From positions 861,996 to 925,995 of the forward strand of contig JAHDYR010000015.1 in the NCBI GenBank assembly GCA_019828565.1: a stretch of DNA of 64,000 bases. Reading direction: 5' to 3'. Shown here piece after piece: positions 21,169 to 32,938 of the stretch. The stretch comes from Carpediemonas membranifera BICM. Taxonomy: Eukaryota; Protista; Fornicata. Below the pieces are notes generated by a model. It did no database searches. It was not told the origin of the DNA and was given only the letters and a program-made list of their open reading frames with translations. The position numbers and the translations under genes are program-made. The first letter of the stretch is position 1. Every line of letters begins with the position of its first letter.

Positions 21169-22660
21169 ATGAACAGCGCTAATACCTCGCCGGAAGATGC
21201 TAGAGATACGATTATCTCCGCGTTCCGCGCCTCGATCACCGCAACTGCTTCCATCGCCGGGGACATCCCCTCGTTGCTCTCGCACGCTTACTCCAGACAC
21301 TTCGATGAGCAAGTACCATTGATCCCCAGTGTAGAGAGCACTGCTGCATCAACGAGCGCCGATTCTCTCGATTCCCTCCTCGCCACGCTCTCAGAGATCC
21401 CCCCTCTCAAACCATCCGCGCAAGCCCTCCTCGACCGCGCCCGCTCGATCCTCACCAGCGGCCCCCCGCTGTCCATGAACGTCGAGCTCGCGGATGGCGA
21501 GGACCTCCCACCCTGCCTCTTCACACTCAACCAGGGCGCGGTGTGGGCGTGTCTGGTTGGTGGCTGGGCCAACCCCGACCTCGAGGACAGGGTGCTGGAG
21601 GAGGCTGACGCCCGAAGGTAAGTGCCTCTGGTTCCTCTGCCGCAAGTTCTTCTTCACGCTGAACGTCGCCGAGAAGGACGGCGAGCTATCACTACTCTCC
21701 GCGAGTAAGATGCTACCACCACCGCATGTACATGGGCCGACTCTTCATGCTCGACACTGACACCACCGCCCTCACCAGGGCCAGGATGCCCAGGGCCCTC
21801 GAGGTCTACAGCAGCGGAATCGCACACATTGCCAGGACGCCCAAGGGCCTGTGGGGCTGGGGAACGACCCGCCTCACCTTCCCCGCCTGCCCCAAGATCG
21901 CCGAGCTCGAGGCGAGCCTGCCCGCCTGGGAGAAGCACAGGATGGCGACTGATGTGTCGAGGAAGGGAGATCAGACGTTCATACTCACCCCAGTCGGCAC
22001 TGTCATGGCTGGTGCGACGCCAGCTTCCACCCAGTCGCCGTGCCTACTGGCTTTGTCCCAGATCATATCATGCCTGAACGGAACCGCACCATCATCCTAT
22101 CCATGGGCGATCGGCAGATGATCAGCGGGTGGAATATGTTTGGCCGGCTGGGACTCGGGCACAAGTGTGAGATGACTGGCTTCGTTGACCTGCCTTTCTG
22201 GGTCGACCGGATCATGAATTCTGACCTTTCTCGCTTCAACGTCTTCCTCAGCGGCCGTCAGCTGCTCTTCGCTGGCGAGTTTCCCCATTATATCGCCCAG
22301 TCGGGCCTGCTGCCTGGGTACAGCATGCACAGCCGTTGCCTCACAGCCACCCCGCTCCGGTTCCCAGAGAGGGTCAAGGGGTTCTGGGGCAACAATGATC
22401 AGATGATCTGGGTCACTGATCGCCGCACTCATCTGTCTAGCAACGACAACCTGATCAGTGTGCCCTTTGAGGCAACGGCATTTGGGAGAACTATGGTTCA
22501 TGGTGATGCTAGTAGTGCGTTCTCATTCCGTGACTCGGCTGGCCAGTGGTTCGGAGTTGAAAGTTATTCCAATGGCGTGGCTGAGCTAGTCGAGTGTGAG
22601 GCCTCCAGATCGTGGCATGACATCATCTCCCTGGATATCGACCCAACCCCTCAATCATAA
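21169..22660 (+). pseudogene. RCC1-like family member, inverted paralog of the 17.4-18.5 kb copy with deletions
   Basis: Long near-identity to the reverse complement of about 17750-18490; ORF pieces 21169-21621, 21726-22121 and 22040-22660. Confidence 0.7.
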
Positions 22661-22872
22661 ACTTCGTGAATCGTGACTGAGCTGCCCATAGAGACCCATA
22701 GCGGGAGGGCCGACAGCGAGACTGTCATTGTCCATCCCATGACATCGTAAGAGCCATTCGCTCAGCAGAGAGCTCCTGGCTATGGGCCAACTCGTGTATG
22801 TGCTGCCTTGGGCTTGTGAATCATCATGTGACAGACTGTGCACTTTATGCTCCACTTCAAATCATCAACTCA

Positions 22873-25125
22873 ATGTCAGCACCTTTAATCAACTATGTGG
22901 TGTATGAAGTGCATACAGAGTATTTAATTGTAGCTACGGATAGCCAGACGGGCATGTTCCGCAAGATCGAGATTTCTAGGGTGAATAATGGCCGTAAGCG
23001 CTCCAATCTGCTCTTCACGGCCGATCCCAAGCAATATAGCTGTGCTGAGCTTGATGCATATCTGAGTTCCGTTGGTATTTCACGCTCTGAACTCACCGGC
23101 CTCCCAATCTACGGCATCATCGGCGCCTATCGAGCGCTCTTTGGCTATTATCTTCTCGTAGCCACCGAAGCACAAGAAATCGCCCGCTTAGACGGCCATC
23201 CAGTGTACGAACTGCTTGACTACGAGATGTTACCCCTCTTTAAGCTTCCCCGCCTCGCCCTCCTCGCCCGAAGAAACGAAGACCGGTACGTCGATCTCTT
23301 CGACTCCGAAGCCTTCAAGGACTGCTTCTTCTCGCCAGGCTATGAGCTCGCTGCCACTGTCCAGCGTCACGTCGCTTCCATGCCCAGAAAGAAGTGGACT
23401 TCAACACGCTACTCAACCCAAGACCTAATTTCTCATCGATACGTCCACAACAGCTTTCTCCTCCGCCCATTTACTGCATGCCCACGCGAGTTCCTGACGC
23501 CTGTGGTGTGTGGCAGCGTGGAGCAAGCACTCTGGTCGCTCGGCGGCCGGGAGGTGTCGTTCACACTCGTCATGAGGCGATCCAGACACTACGCAGGCAC
23601 ACGCTACCTCAAGAGAGGAATTACTGACTCGGGCGAGGTCGCAAATCATGCGGAAACCGAGCAAATTGTCGCCACTGGCCCGGCGTCCACTTGGAGAGCA
23701 GGCGCGGTCTCCTCTTTCCTCCAGCTCAGAGGCTCGGTACCAGCGTACTGGACTCAAGAAGCAGACGTCCTTGCTATCAAACCGGACATTGAATGGACCA
23801 TCTGCGACCCTGCCGTTCAAACTCCGTTGAAGCACTTTGCTATGCTAGAGACAGAATACGGGGGTGAGGTTCATGCACTGAATTTAGTCAAGACTACGTC
23901 CGCACGAGAGCGGTATCTGACTCAGCTTCTCAAATATTCGATAGATTACGTCAATAGTCGAGTAGACCGGAAAAAATCTGGCCAAGATTTGACTGAATCA
24001 GCTCTTCGTCGCACGTCCGGCGTACTCCCTGGCGACGAACTCTCCCCCGTCCCCGTGCCATCCCACACTGTCAAGTACACTGCCCTCGACCTTTCATACT
24101 TTATCAAGCACCGCAACTCCGAGCTCGAGGCTGTACTGAGGGACATAGCAGAGCCTGACATTCGTCGGACGGGTATGTTTGCGGTCAGGGTTGGGTTGGA
24201 AGAGCTTGAGATTTGCTGCGAACAGCGCGGGATTCTTCGACAGAACTGCGTCGACTGTCTCGATCGAACGAACGTCGCGCAGACTTTTATAGGTCTAGTA
24301 GCGTTTGAACGCCAGCTCCAGATCTGTGGGGTTCCAGTCGGCCGTATCAGTCCTTCTTCAGCCCTCGGCGAGGCTGTGATGGCAATGTATGCTCGGGCGG
24401 GGGACCGGATAGCCGTCCAGTATGCCGGTAGCACCGCACACAGAGGGAAGTTGACGGAGAACAGCGGCCATGCTCGGGGTACGACGCTTATTACGTCAGT
24501 GCGTCGGTACTACAAGAACGCGTTCTCCGACCACGATAAGCAGCAGTCAATCAACTTGTTCCACGGCAAATTCGTGCCCTCCGCGTCTAGTGCTACGAAT
24601 ATATGGGACGTTGACGACGATACGGTGCTCCATTTCTCCACCAGGGCTGGCGTGCTACCCATGGAACCACCGCAGCCTGAGCTACACCCGGTGAAGAGCT
24701 CACGAGGGTGGTTCGAGGCAGTACACAGCACGGGTGCCAACGCAGGTATCGGAACTAAGCCCGAGCCCGCCGACCTCCCTCTCGAGCCCGAGCCGTGCCC
24801 CATGAGAGTCCCCAGACCAAGTGCAACGGTCCATGATGATGCCATGGTCGGCCTCTCAGCCAAACTCACCGAGCTGGGCGATTATTTGTCTGTCCCAGCC
24901 ATCGTGGCCAGACACATCCCGTTCAGCAGGCTGAAGGTGCTTGAGGAGCAGGTACCGAGAGCCATGGAGCCGGGGCTGTGCCACGATATCATGGGGACGT
25001 ACCATAAGGCGCTGGCATGCGGGGCAGGTGTGTTGGAGCGGAGTGCGGCCGAGCTGGGGCTGTGCGGCTGGGACAATGTTGTTAATGGGTCGCCCGACTG
25101 GTTGAGGGAGGGGAAGGAGGAGTAA
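22873..25125 (+). CDS. FIG4: SAC-domain phosphoinositide phosphatase (FIG4-like)
   Basis: RRSRHYAGTRYLKRG, VANHAETEQ, RGSVPAYW, catalytic CVDCLDRTN and FSDHDKQQSINLF. Confidence 0.8.
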   Translation: MSAPLINYVVYEVHTEYLIVATDSQTGMFRKIEISRVNNGRKRSNLLFTADPKQYSCAELDAYLSSVGISRSELTGLPIYGIIGAYRALFGYYLLVATEAQEIARLDGHPVYELLDYEMLPLFKLPRLALLARRNEDRYVDLFDSEAFKDCFFSPGYELAATVQRHVASMPRKKWTSTRYSTQDLISHRYVHNSFLLRPFTACPREFLTPVVCGSVEQALWSLGGREVSFTLVMRRSRHYAGTRYLKRGITDSGEVANHAETEQIVATGPASTWRAGAVSSFLQLRGSVPAYWTQEADVLAIKPDIEWTICDPAVQTPLKHFAMLETEYGGEVHALNLVKTTSARERYLTQLLKYSIDYVNSRVDRKKSGQDLTESALRRTSGVLPGDELSPVPVPSHTVKYTALDLSYFIKHRNSELEAVLRDIAEPDIRRTGMFAVRVGLEELEICCEQRGILRQNCVDCLDRTNVAQTFIGLVAFERQLQICGVPVGRISPSSALGEAVMAMYARAGDRIAVQYAGSTAHRGKLTENSGHARGTTLITSVRRYYKNAFSDHDKQQSINLFHGKFVPSASSATNIWDVDDDTVLHFSTRAGVLPMEPPQPELHPVKSSRGWFEAVHSTGANAGIGTKPEPADLPLEPEPCPMRVPRPSATVHDDAMVGLSAKLTELGDYLSVPAIVARHIPFSRLKVLEEQVPRAMEPGLCHDIMGTYHKALACGAGVLERSAAELGLCGWDNVVNGSPDWLREGKEE

Positions 25126-25316
25126 AAAGAAAGCGGGTCTCAGTGTGGGGTTTGTTTTACAAATATTACATGGTGTCATGTATAGTAGAGAGGACTGTAA
25201 TGGCATCGACAGTGATGCCGTGACCAAGTGGAATGTTGTCTGATTTCGAAGGGGGTAAGTGAAGGCTAGGTTTAATATAATTGCTGTGACTGAAAGCCTC
25301 TACCGTACGGTTGAGC

Positions 25317-25707
25317 TTACTCCTGCTCCTCGGTCTCCTCATCAACAGAGTAGTAACGGAGCTGGTAGGAGTTCTTGGCGTTGGCCACGATGCGGAGGTA
25401 GTCGCGGAGATCGTTCTTCTTAAGGAACTTGGCAGCGAGGTACTTGAGGTAGCGCTTGGCGAAAGCGTTCTTGGAAACGATGATGACTGAGTACTTCTCC
25501 ATCTTGATCGTCACGTCGTCACCGAGCTGGCCGGCCTTGCCGTTCTTGCCAACCTTGAAGTGCTCAATGAGGTACTGGTGGAAGTCAGAGATCTCGAAGA
25601 TCTCGTCACGGATGGGCTGCATGCAGTCAACAACGAACTTGGTGGCCTTGGACTGAATAAGAGCGTCATAAGACACGCTTCACAGCTGATTTCTGTGCAT
25701 TTGCCAT
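25317..25707 (-). CDS. RPL22: 60S ribosomal protein eL22; intron 25653-25683
   Basis: FVVDC..P..DEI, FAKRYLKYL..KFLKKNDLRDYLRIVA..Y.LRY. Confidence 0.92.
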
Positions 25708-26184
25708 TATCTGCGCTGTCACGAGCATCCAAATGAGGAATTCTCTCAGATTCTCAATCGAGGAATGTCGTGAGAAGCAAGAGCGTTCGGAAACGAAAGA
25801 TATGGACAAAAAGCAAACGAATCACCGTAGCGAATGCGCACAACTACATACCATAAGTGCTAATCGCGGTGCTGTCGGGAACTCGTGCAATAGGGTTTTG
25901 ACAAAAATGGCCGAAACTGGAATAATGCAATGCTGGCTCAATGGGTTTAACAAAGGTAGCGCGCACAATCTAAACTACTTCAACGCTCTTCCCTTCACAT
26001 TCTTCATTCACGGATCACTGACCCTCCAACAAGGCCCAGTCGCACCAGCATGATTCTTGTTAAGTCAGCAGTCAACATATTAGGCCCTTCTACCTCTAAG
26101 GCTAGTCTGATTGATTCACAGAATCTAGAAATATTGAATGGGATCATTCAACGCTGGTCGTCGGATTCTCGCAGCACGAAGAGA

Positions 26185-29100
26185 ATGAAGTTGAGCTTCC
26201 TCGCCTTGTTTCTGTCCTTCTTCGTTGCTTGTACGTTCGCCCAGCAGACGTATGATCCTGCTGTGAACGCCATTAACGTGGACCACATCTCCAGCGCCGT
26301 TGAGAAGGTTCTCACCTTCTTTGGCTCCCATGTTGATCCTTCCGACGTTTGTAACCATCCTATGGCACTCTGTTGATGCTATCATGCTCAAATCTCCATC
26401 ACACAGATCAAGACTTGCGTTGGCGACCTCAACGATGTCTACAACGAGTTCAACACATTCTCCGAGACCTGGCAGGCCAAGGACTACCCCACAGCCGTCA
26501 CTGACCTTGCTGAAGTGTTTTCCGGCCTCTCAACCGCCATATCCGGCTGTCACCTCTCTGAAGTTGACGAGATCTTCTCCCTAGTCTCTGCAGTTCTCAA
26601 GACCGCCTCTGTCGACGCCAAGGAGGGCGTCCACCTCTACATAGCCGGCAAGGACGCATACGAGGTAATCCTGAAGCTCGAGCAGGACTGGAGAAGCGAA
26701 GATGTAGCCGCTTTCGCCGCGGACTTCTCCACTCTCACGGGGTTCCTCCTCCAAATGGTCGAGTGTACCAACAAGACGTGCCAGCAGGCTCAAACTGTTC
26801 TCAAGACCCTCAACAAGATAGTCCAAGAAACTGCTGCCACTGAGGCCGAAGTTGAGGCTTGTCTTGCAGACGGGGTGACTATCTACAAGCAGTTCGAGAC
26901 ATTCTCAGCCTCCTGGAAGAAGCAGGACTATGTGAACGCCGCCAAGGACCTCGCCACCGCCTTCGATGAAATCGCCACTGGCATCTCCGACTGCGATCTG
27001 GGCGATCTCGACCAGGTCTTCACCCAGTTCGCCGCTCTCCTCAAGACTGCCTCTGTTGACGTGAACAAGGGCGTCGAGCTCTACATTGACGGCCAGAACA
27101 TCGCCCATACCCTCGAGGACCTCTACAATGACTGGGAGGCAACGAATGTCGACGCGATAGCCCAGGACGTCGCCAATCTTGTCGGATACCTCCTGCCCCT
27201 CATCAAGTGCTCCTCTACCGCCTGCCAGACCGCCGCTGGTGTCCTCCGCGTGCTCGACTTTGTCGCTAAGGACCTCACCCCATGCGTTGGCGACATCGAG
27301 AAGGCCGGCACCCAGCTCCACAACGCCGCTGCCCTCTGGGACCGCTCCCAGTACCAGGAGGCCGTCTCCGCGTTCGGCACGGGCCTCCGTACCCTCGGCA
27401 ATGCTGCCCACGACTGCGGTTTCATCGATCTGTCCAAGCTCATCGTCACTGAGGCCCAGCAGATCTTTGGCGCTGATATTAGTGTGCTAAGCAGAGATGT
27501 CAAGGTTGTTGTGGATGATGTCGATATCGCAGACCATATCTACGATGCTGTCAAGGCCCTTGACGGTCACGATTACGTCAAGTTCGGCACGCTCTGCGGT
27601 ACTATCGTTGCTGAGCTCCGTGCCTCTTCTTGCACTTCCGAGGCTTGCATCGTCATCGAGGGTATCCTCGAGGGCGCCAACATCTTCTTCCCCGACCTCT
27701 CAAAGTGCTCTAAGGACCTCGAGGACGGCTACGACGACATCAAGACCGGCTTCACCACCATCACTGGCGGCCACATCACCACTGGCATCCAGGACGTCGC
27801 CACTGGCCTCGACAAGCTCGGTGCTGCCGTCCAGGACTGCGAGCTGCCCGAGCTCGCCCAGCTGATCCAGACCGAGGCGTCCCACCTCACCAAGGCCGAC
27901 GTCTCTGGCATCGGCAAGTACGCCAAGATCATTGTCAAGGGCGTCGACATCTACGACGATGTCTACAAGGCCTCTGAGGACCTCGCCAACCACGACTTCG
28001 CCGGTGCCGGTCTGGCTATCGGTGACTTCCTCTCCCAGATCCGCGGCGCCTCCTGCACGTCCGAGGGCTGCCAGCTCGTCGTCGGCCTCCTCCAGGCCCT
28101 CAACATCGTCCTGCCCGACCTCGAGACGTGCGAGTCTGACTTTGACTCCGCATTCAACGCCTTTGAGGACGGTATCGCCTCTGCCAAGGCCGGCCACTGG
28201 TCCCGCACCATCGATGACTTCGGCAACGGCCTCCATGAGATCTCCCAGGGCGTCTCTGCCTGCCACCTGACCCAGCTCGCCGAGCTCTTCGACCAGGAGG
28301 CCTCTCACATCAAGGGCTCCAAGGTCTCCGAGGCTGAGGGCGTGATCAAGATCCTCGTTGGCGGCCTCGACCTCTTTGACGACATCGACGACGCCTACAA
28401 GTCGTACGAGAAGGGCGACATCACTGACATGGGCAAGAACATCGGCAACGTCGTCTCTGCTCTCCGTTCCATCGGCTGCACCTCCCGCGGCTGCAAGTTC
28501 GCTGAGGGAATCCTCTCTGCAGTCGGCGAGGCCATCGTTGACTTCGCCCCCTGCGCCTCGACCCTCGAGCAGGCCATGACCGCGTTCGAGCAGGGCGTCA
28601 AGTACATCGAGGAAGAGAAGTGGGATGCCGCTCTCAAGAGCTTCAACCTCGGCCTCGAGGACGTCGCCTCCGCCACCAAGACCTGCCTCATCCCCCACCT
28701 CGAGGACGACCTCAACAACTTCGCCAAGCTCTTCAAGCTCGGCAAGACTGAGGGCGTCTCCGGTGACCTCAAGCTCCTCGTCGCTGGCATCAACATCTTC
28801 GAGGACCTCCAGTCAGCCGCCGCGAACTTCAAGAACGGCGACTACGCCGCCTTCGGCCAGACTCTCGGCTCGATCATGAGTGTCATTAAGTCCGACCTCG
28901 ACACGAACTGTGACAACGACGAGTGGTGCCTCCTCCTCCAGGGCGCCGTCCAGGGCCTCAACCTCATCCTGCCCAACGTCCACCAGTGCAAGCACGACGG
29001 CCAGACCGTCTGGAATGACCTCGTTGAGGCCTACGACGCGCACAAGTCACATAACTATAAGGACGCCGTCAAGGACATCGCCCACGCCATGGATGAGTTC

Positions 29101-29328
29101 AAGGCGCTCGTCGGCGACTGCCAGCTCGAGGAGCTCGCCGATCTTATCCTGCAGCTCGTCGGTGACCTTACTGGCGCCTCCGTGAGCTGGTGGGAGAAGC
29201 TGGTGAAGATCGTGATCCACGGCATCGACATTGCTGATGACGTCATCGACCTCGTCGAGGATGTCGAGAGCAGCAACGTTTTTGGAAGTGGCATCGACAT
29301 CGCTAAGCTCATCAAAATTCTTCTATAA
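26185..29328 (+). CDS. secreted about 1027-aa protein with about 7 Cys-containing 141-aa repeats; intron 26347-26406
   Basis: Signal peptide MKLSFLALFLSFFVACTFA; CxxxxC units spaced about 423 nt apart; strong C-ending codon bias. Confidence 0.8.
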
Positions 29329-29409
29329 ATCTTTTGATCGGTTTATCGCTGAGACGTTTCGTGCAATGATTTCTGATGGAGATGGCGTGTGCTTCACAAT
29401 AACATCTCG

Positions 29410-29985
29410 TGCGCTCACACTCGTTTGACGTGCGGGTGACCCACACTGGCCAATTCGGGTCCCCACGCCCCATAAATACCCCCACATGCTTTAATGATGA
29501 CTTCATTTCTCAGCCCGGCAGTCAGCCCACCGTAGTGGACTTCAAGATCACTAACCACCGTTCTTCGGCTTACTCTGTCAAAACAACGCACAACAGAGAC
29601 TACTCGGCGACCGTAATTCCCGCAATCTCCTCCGTCCTCGGCGCCACCAGCGTCACCCCGACCCACCACGCCCAGATCCCGCGTCCCTGCTGGATCGACT
29701 CCCTCGCCCACGTGTGCGGCCTCTCTGAGGACGCCACCAAGGCTCTCCACCGTGCTGTTGCCCTCGCTCACTGGAACGGCAACGATGCCATCTGGGGCTC
29801 CGTCCCCTTCTCCCGCTCCTAACTCCCCTTCCTGACTCCAAACCGTGACCGACTTTTCCTCTCCACCCGCCACTGACTACCAGCAGCCTTTGGCTGCCTC
29901 GCTGGCTCTGCCAGCTCGAGTTCTTCGTTTCTGGCCGGGACCCACGCGCCCTCTCCTCGCCACGCTCGACGTAGTACGAGTTTAA
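29410..29985 (+). mobile_element. 3' fragment of an RLE-type (CRE/R2-like) non-LTR retrotransposon
   Basis: ORF 29409-29822 is homologous to the C-terminus at 57332-57898 (PTVVDFKITN..ALAHW). Boundaries are approximate. Confidence 0.65.
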
Positions 29986-30231
29986 AGAGGGTCAGACATC
30001 GGCCAAACCTGGGGATTGGGCAGGGAAATTGATCCGCTCAAATTTTTCCCCTCCGAATTGGTCCACCTGGCCGGGCGTCGTCCGACCGCCGGGGCGCCCA
30101 GGTGGGGTCGTAGGACCCGCACAACCGGGGGGCGGGATCGCATGATGGGAGCGCCGGGCCGCGGACGCCCGTGTCCGGAGCCGTACGGCATATTCGATCA
30201 TAGTATAAACCGAACTCCCTCCTGGCGCCAC

Positions 30232-30306
30232 TGTGTCGGAACTATTTAATAAGGTAAACCTGCTTGGTGGTAATAATGGCCACAACTATTCTGGAGCCCC
30301 ACGACA
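30232..30306 (-). repeat. 3' LTR of gypsy B
   Basis: TG..CA ends; identical to 57253-57327; adjacent PPT. Confidence 0.92.
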
Positions 30307-30460
30307 CACTACCTCTCCCCCGGGATAGTGGCCCACCGCAGTCTATGGTCTCGGGCGTACTGCTGCGCGAGCTCTACGTAGCGCAGGTTCAGCCAGGGCT
30401 CACAGGTTGGGGTGGCGTAGTCCAGCCACTTGACCTGGAGGGTCTTCTTCTTGCTGTCGT

Positions 30461-30568
30461 TGTCGCAATACCGTATTAATATTTATATATTTTATGGGTG
30501 TCGTCTTGGTCCTACTTGGTCCGAGACGACACCAGTGTGTCGAAATAAATTAGCGCATCGTTACAACA
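30461..30568 (+). repeat. 5' LTR of gypsy A (AT-rich TATA-like region, 13-bp hairpin, AATAAA)
   Basis: Identical to 52997-53104; stem GGTGTCGTCTTGG/CCGAGACGACACC. Confidence 0.93.
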
Positions 30569-30588
30569 GTGAATTCACTAGTGGCTAC

Positions 30589-32938
30589 ATGTTCGGTAAT
30601 ATTTCTCTGCCGACTCTGAGCGTTGAGACATTGACTAGCGAAACCTGGCGCTCATTTAAGAGGGATGCCGCCCGAATCAAGGCGTTGTATCCCGCCGCCA
30701 AGCTGGCTGTCCTCCTCCCCAATGACCTGCAGGACATCATCGAGGACACTCTCAACGTAGACCTGGCGAAGGCAAATGACGACAAGATTGACGAATACGT
30801 CAGCAAGTTCCTTGCTCCGGTGGACAAATTGTCCCTTGTCAAAGAGCTCGAGGCCGTCACCTGCCAGGTATCTGAAAAAGAATCACCTCCATTCGCGCGT
30901 ACGTCAGCGCGTTCTCAGCAGTTTTCTCTAAGGCCGAAGACATCGAAGAGTCCGACTCGGACGAGGACGAAGAGGAACAAGAAGAGGACGAAGAAGACAT
31001 TTCCCCCTTTGAGAAGAACGCACGTAAGATCTTCCTTCAGGGGATCCGCCCATCCACTTTCCGCAAGGTCCTGGACTTTGAACTCAAGGAGCATCCTAAG
31101 AGGAAGTCACTTGCCGATGCATACGAGCTGAGCATTGCCCTCGCTCAAGAAGATGACGACGCTCGGGCTAAGGCCATTCGCTTTGGTCACTACCAGGCCG
31201 GAAAGTCCTCCACCCGAAAGAAAGGAACGGCCGCAGGAGGCCAACCGCCTCGCCTCCCGGTCCCGGGCGCAGTTGCCTCAGGGGCCCCGGAGAAGTCTTC
31301 CACTCTCAAGCCGAACGACGTCAACCCAGCTTTGAAGCCTCCCCATCGTGCCTGTGGCAAGTGCGGCGGATGGCATTGGGATAATCAGTGCCCCAATGGG
31401 GCCCCAATGCGCTCTCGCCAAGAAGGAGGCGGCCTCCGGTCCAACCCGAAGAAGAAGGAGCCAATCGAGGCTAATCTCCTGGACACGGACCCCGATGAGC
31501 CACTCAAAGTGTCTGGTCGTATAAACGACCAAGAGTATTCCTTTATTATTGACACTGGAGCACCAAAATCTATCATCTCCGCTGCGTCAGCAGAGGCCCT
31601 TGGCCTACAGACAGTGACCGGCCCGACCCTCCGCTTCAGAATGGCGAACGGTTCCATTTCGACAACTAACCACTATACTGAGGCTTGGTTACACCTCACG
31701 CTGGCGGGAGCCCCAACGCGGTTTAAGGCGAAGTTCGCAATCCTCAGTGGGGACCGCGAGAAAATCCTTATTGGCACCGACATTCTTCGTGTACTCGGGC
31801 TTCTTACGAAGGATTCCTTATTCCTCCAGCTCGTAGCCGAAAATCTGAGCAAGGAGGACGGGGACGACATTCCGCTGAGTTTGAACCAGTTAGACGTCTC
31901 GGAGGACGTTGGTGCTGTTGAAATTCCCGAATCCGCGAGCGCCACGCTCCGAAGCGAGGTACGAGCGCTACTTGCTGAGTATTCCACGTTGTTCGGCCCC
32001 ATTCCGGCTCAAGGAGCCAAGGTTGAACCTATGCGAATCCGATTGAATGACCCGGACGCCCTGGTCCAGGAACGAGCCCGGAGACTATCAGGGGAACGAC
32101 GCCTTCAGGTGCGGGAAGAAGTAACCCGCCTACGCCACCTTGGCATCACCAGGAACAGCGTCGGACCGTTCTCCTCCCCCGATCGTGGTAGTGGATAAGA
32201 AGAACGGCGCCATACGCCTCTGTGTGGACTACACAAAGCTCAACATTCTCACCATTCGTGACCATTTTCCCCTTCCCGACTTGAAAACCTTCGTGCAGGG
32301 AGGCGGCGGGGGCTCAATTCTTCGCCAGCTTGGACTTGACGTCCGGGTACCATCAGATGCCCCTCCACGAGGAAGACAGAGCTATGACGGCGTTTGTAAC
32401 ACCTGACGACTACGAGGAGTTCAACCGAGTCCCATTCGGGCTGACTAACGCTCCGAGTTATTTCCAGCGTACCATGCAATCCATCCTCGCCCCGGTACTC
32501 CACCGGGGGGTGCTGGTCTATATTGACGACATCTTAATCTACGCCCAATCTGAGGGAGGAACTTATAGCACGCTTAGAGCAAACCTTCCAGTTGCTGACA
32601 AAGTATGACCTTCGGCTTAGCCCGGCAAAATGTGTGATCGGCGCGGAGGAGTTAGACATCGTGGGCTTCCACCTTTCCCGCGAGGGGAAGAGCATCGACA
32701 AGCGACGGATTGAAGCACTCACGTCGATAGAGGCTCCGAGCAATGTTTCAGGGGTCAGAACACTCTTAGGGATGTTTAATTACGTGATCGACTTCATCCC
32801 AGCCGCGGCGGACCTTGTGGACCCCCTCTATGAGCTGATCAGGAACGCCGGTGAGCCATTCGTATGGGGACCACGCCAAGAGGAAGCCCTCGTGGCCCTG
32901 AGAGAGGCGGTAGCCCAAGAGACCGTCCTGGCTCAGCC
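30589..32938 (+). pseudogene. gypsy A gag-PR-RT (frameshifted)
   Basis: ORF pieces 30430-31131, 31332-32198, 32140-32406, 32330-32608 and 32592-33020. Confidence 0.85.

Noticed and set aside
30190-30220. 5S rRNA-like start (ATATTCGATCATAG..CTCCC) before the RLE fragment
   Set aside because: Too short and degenerate; no recognisable remainder of 5S.
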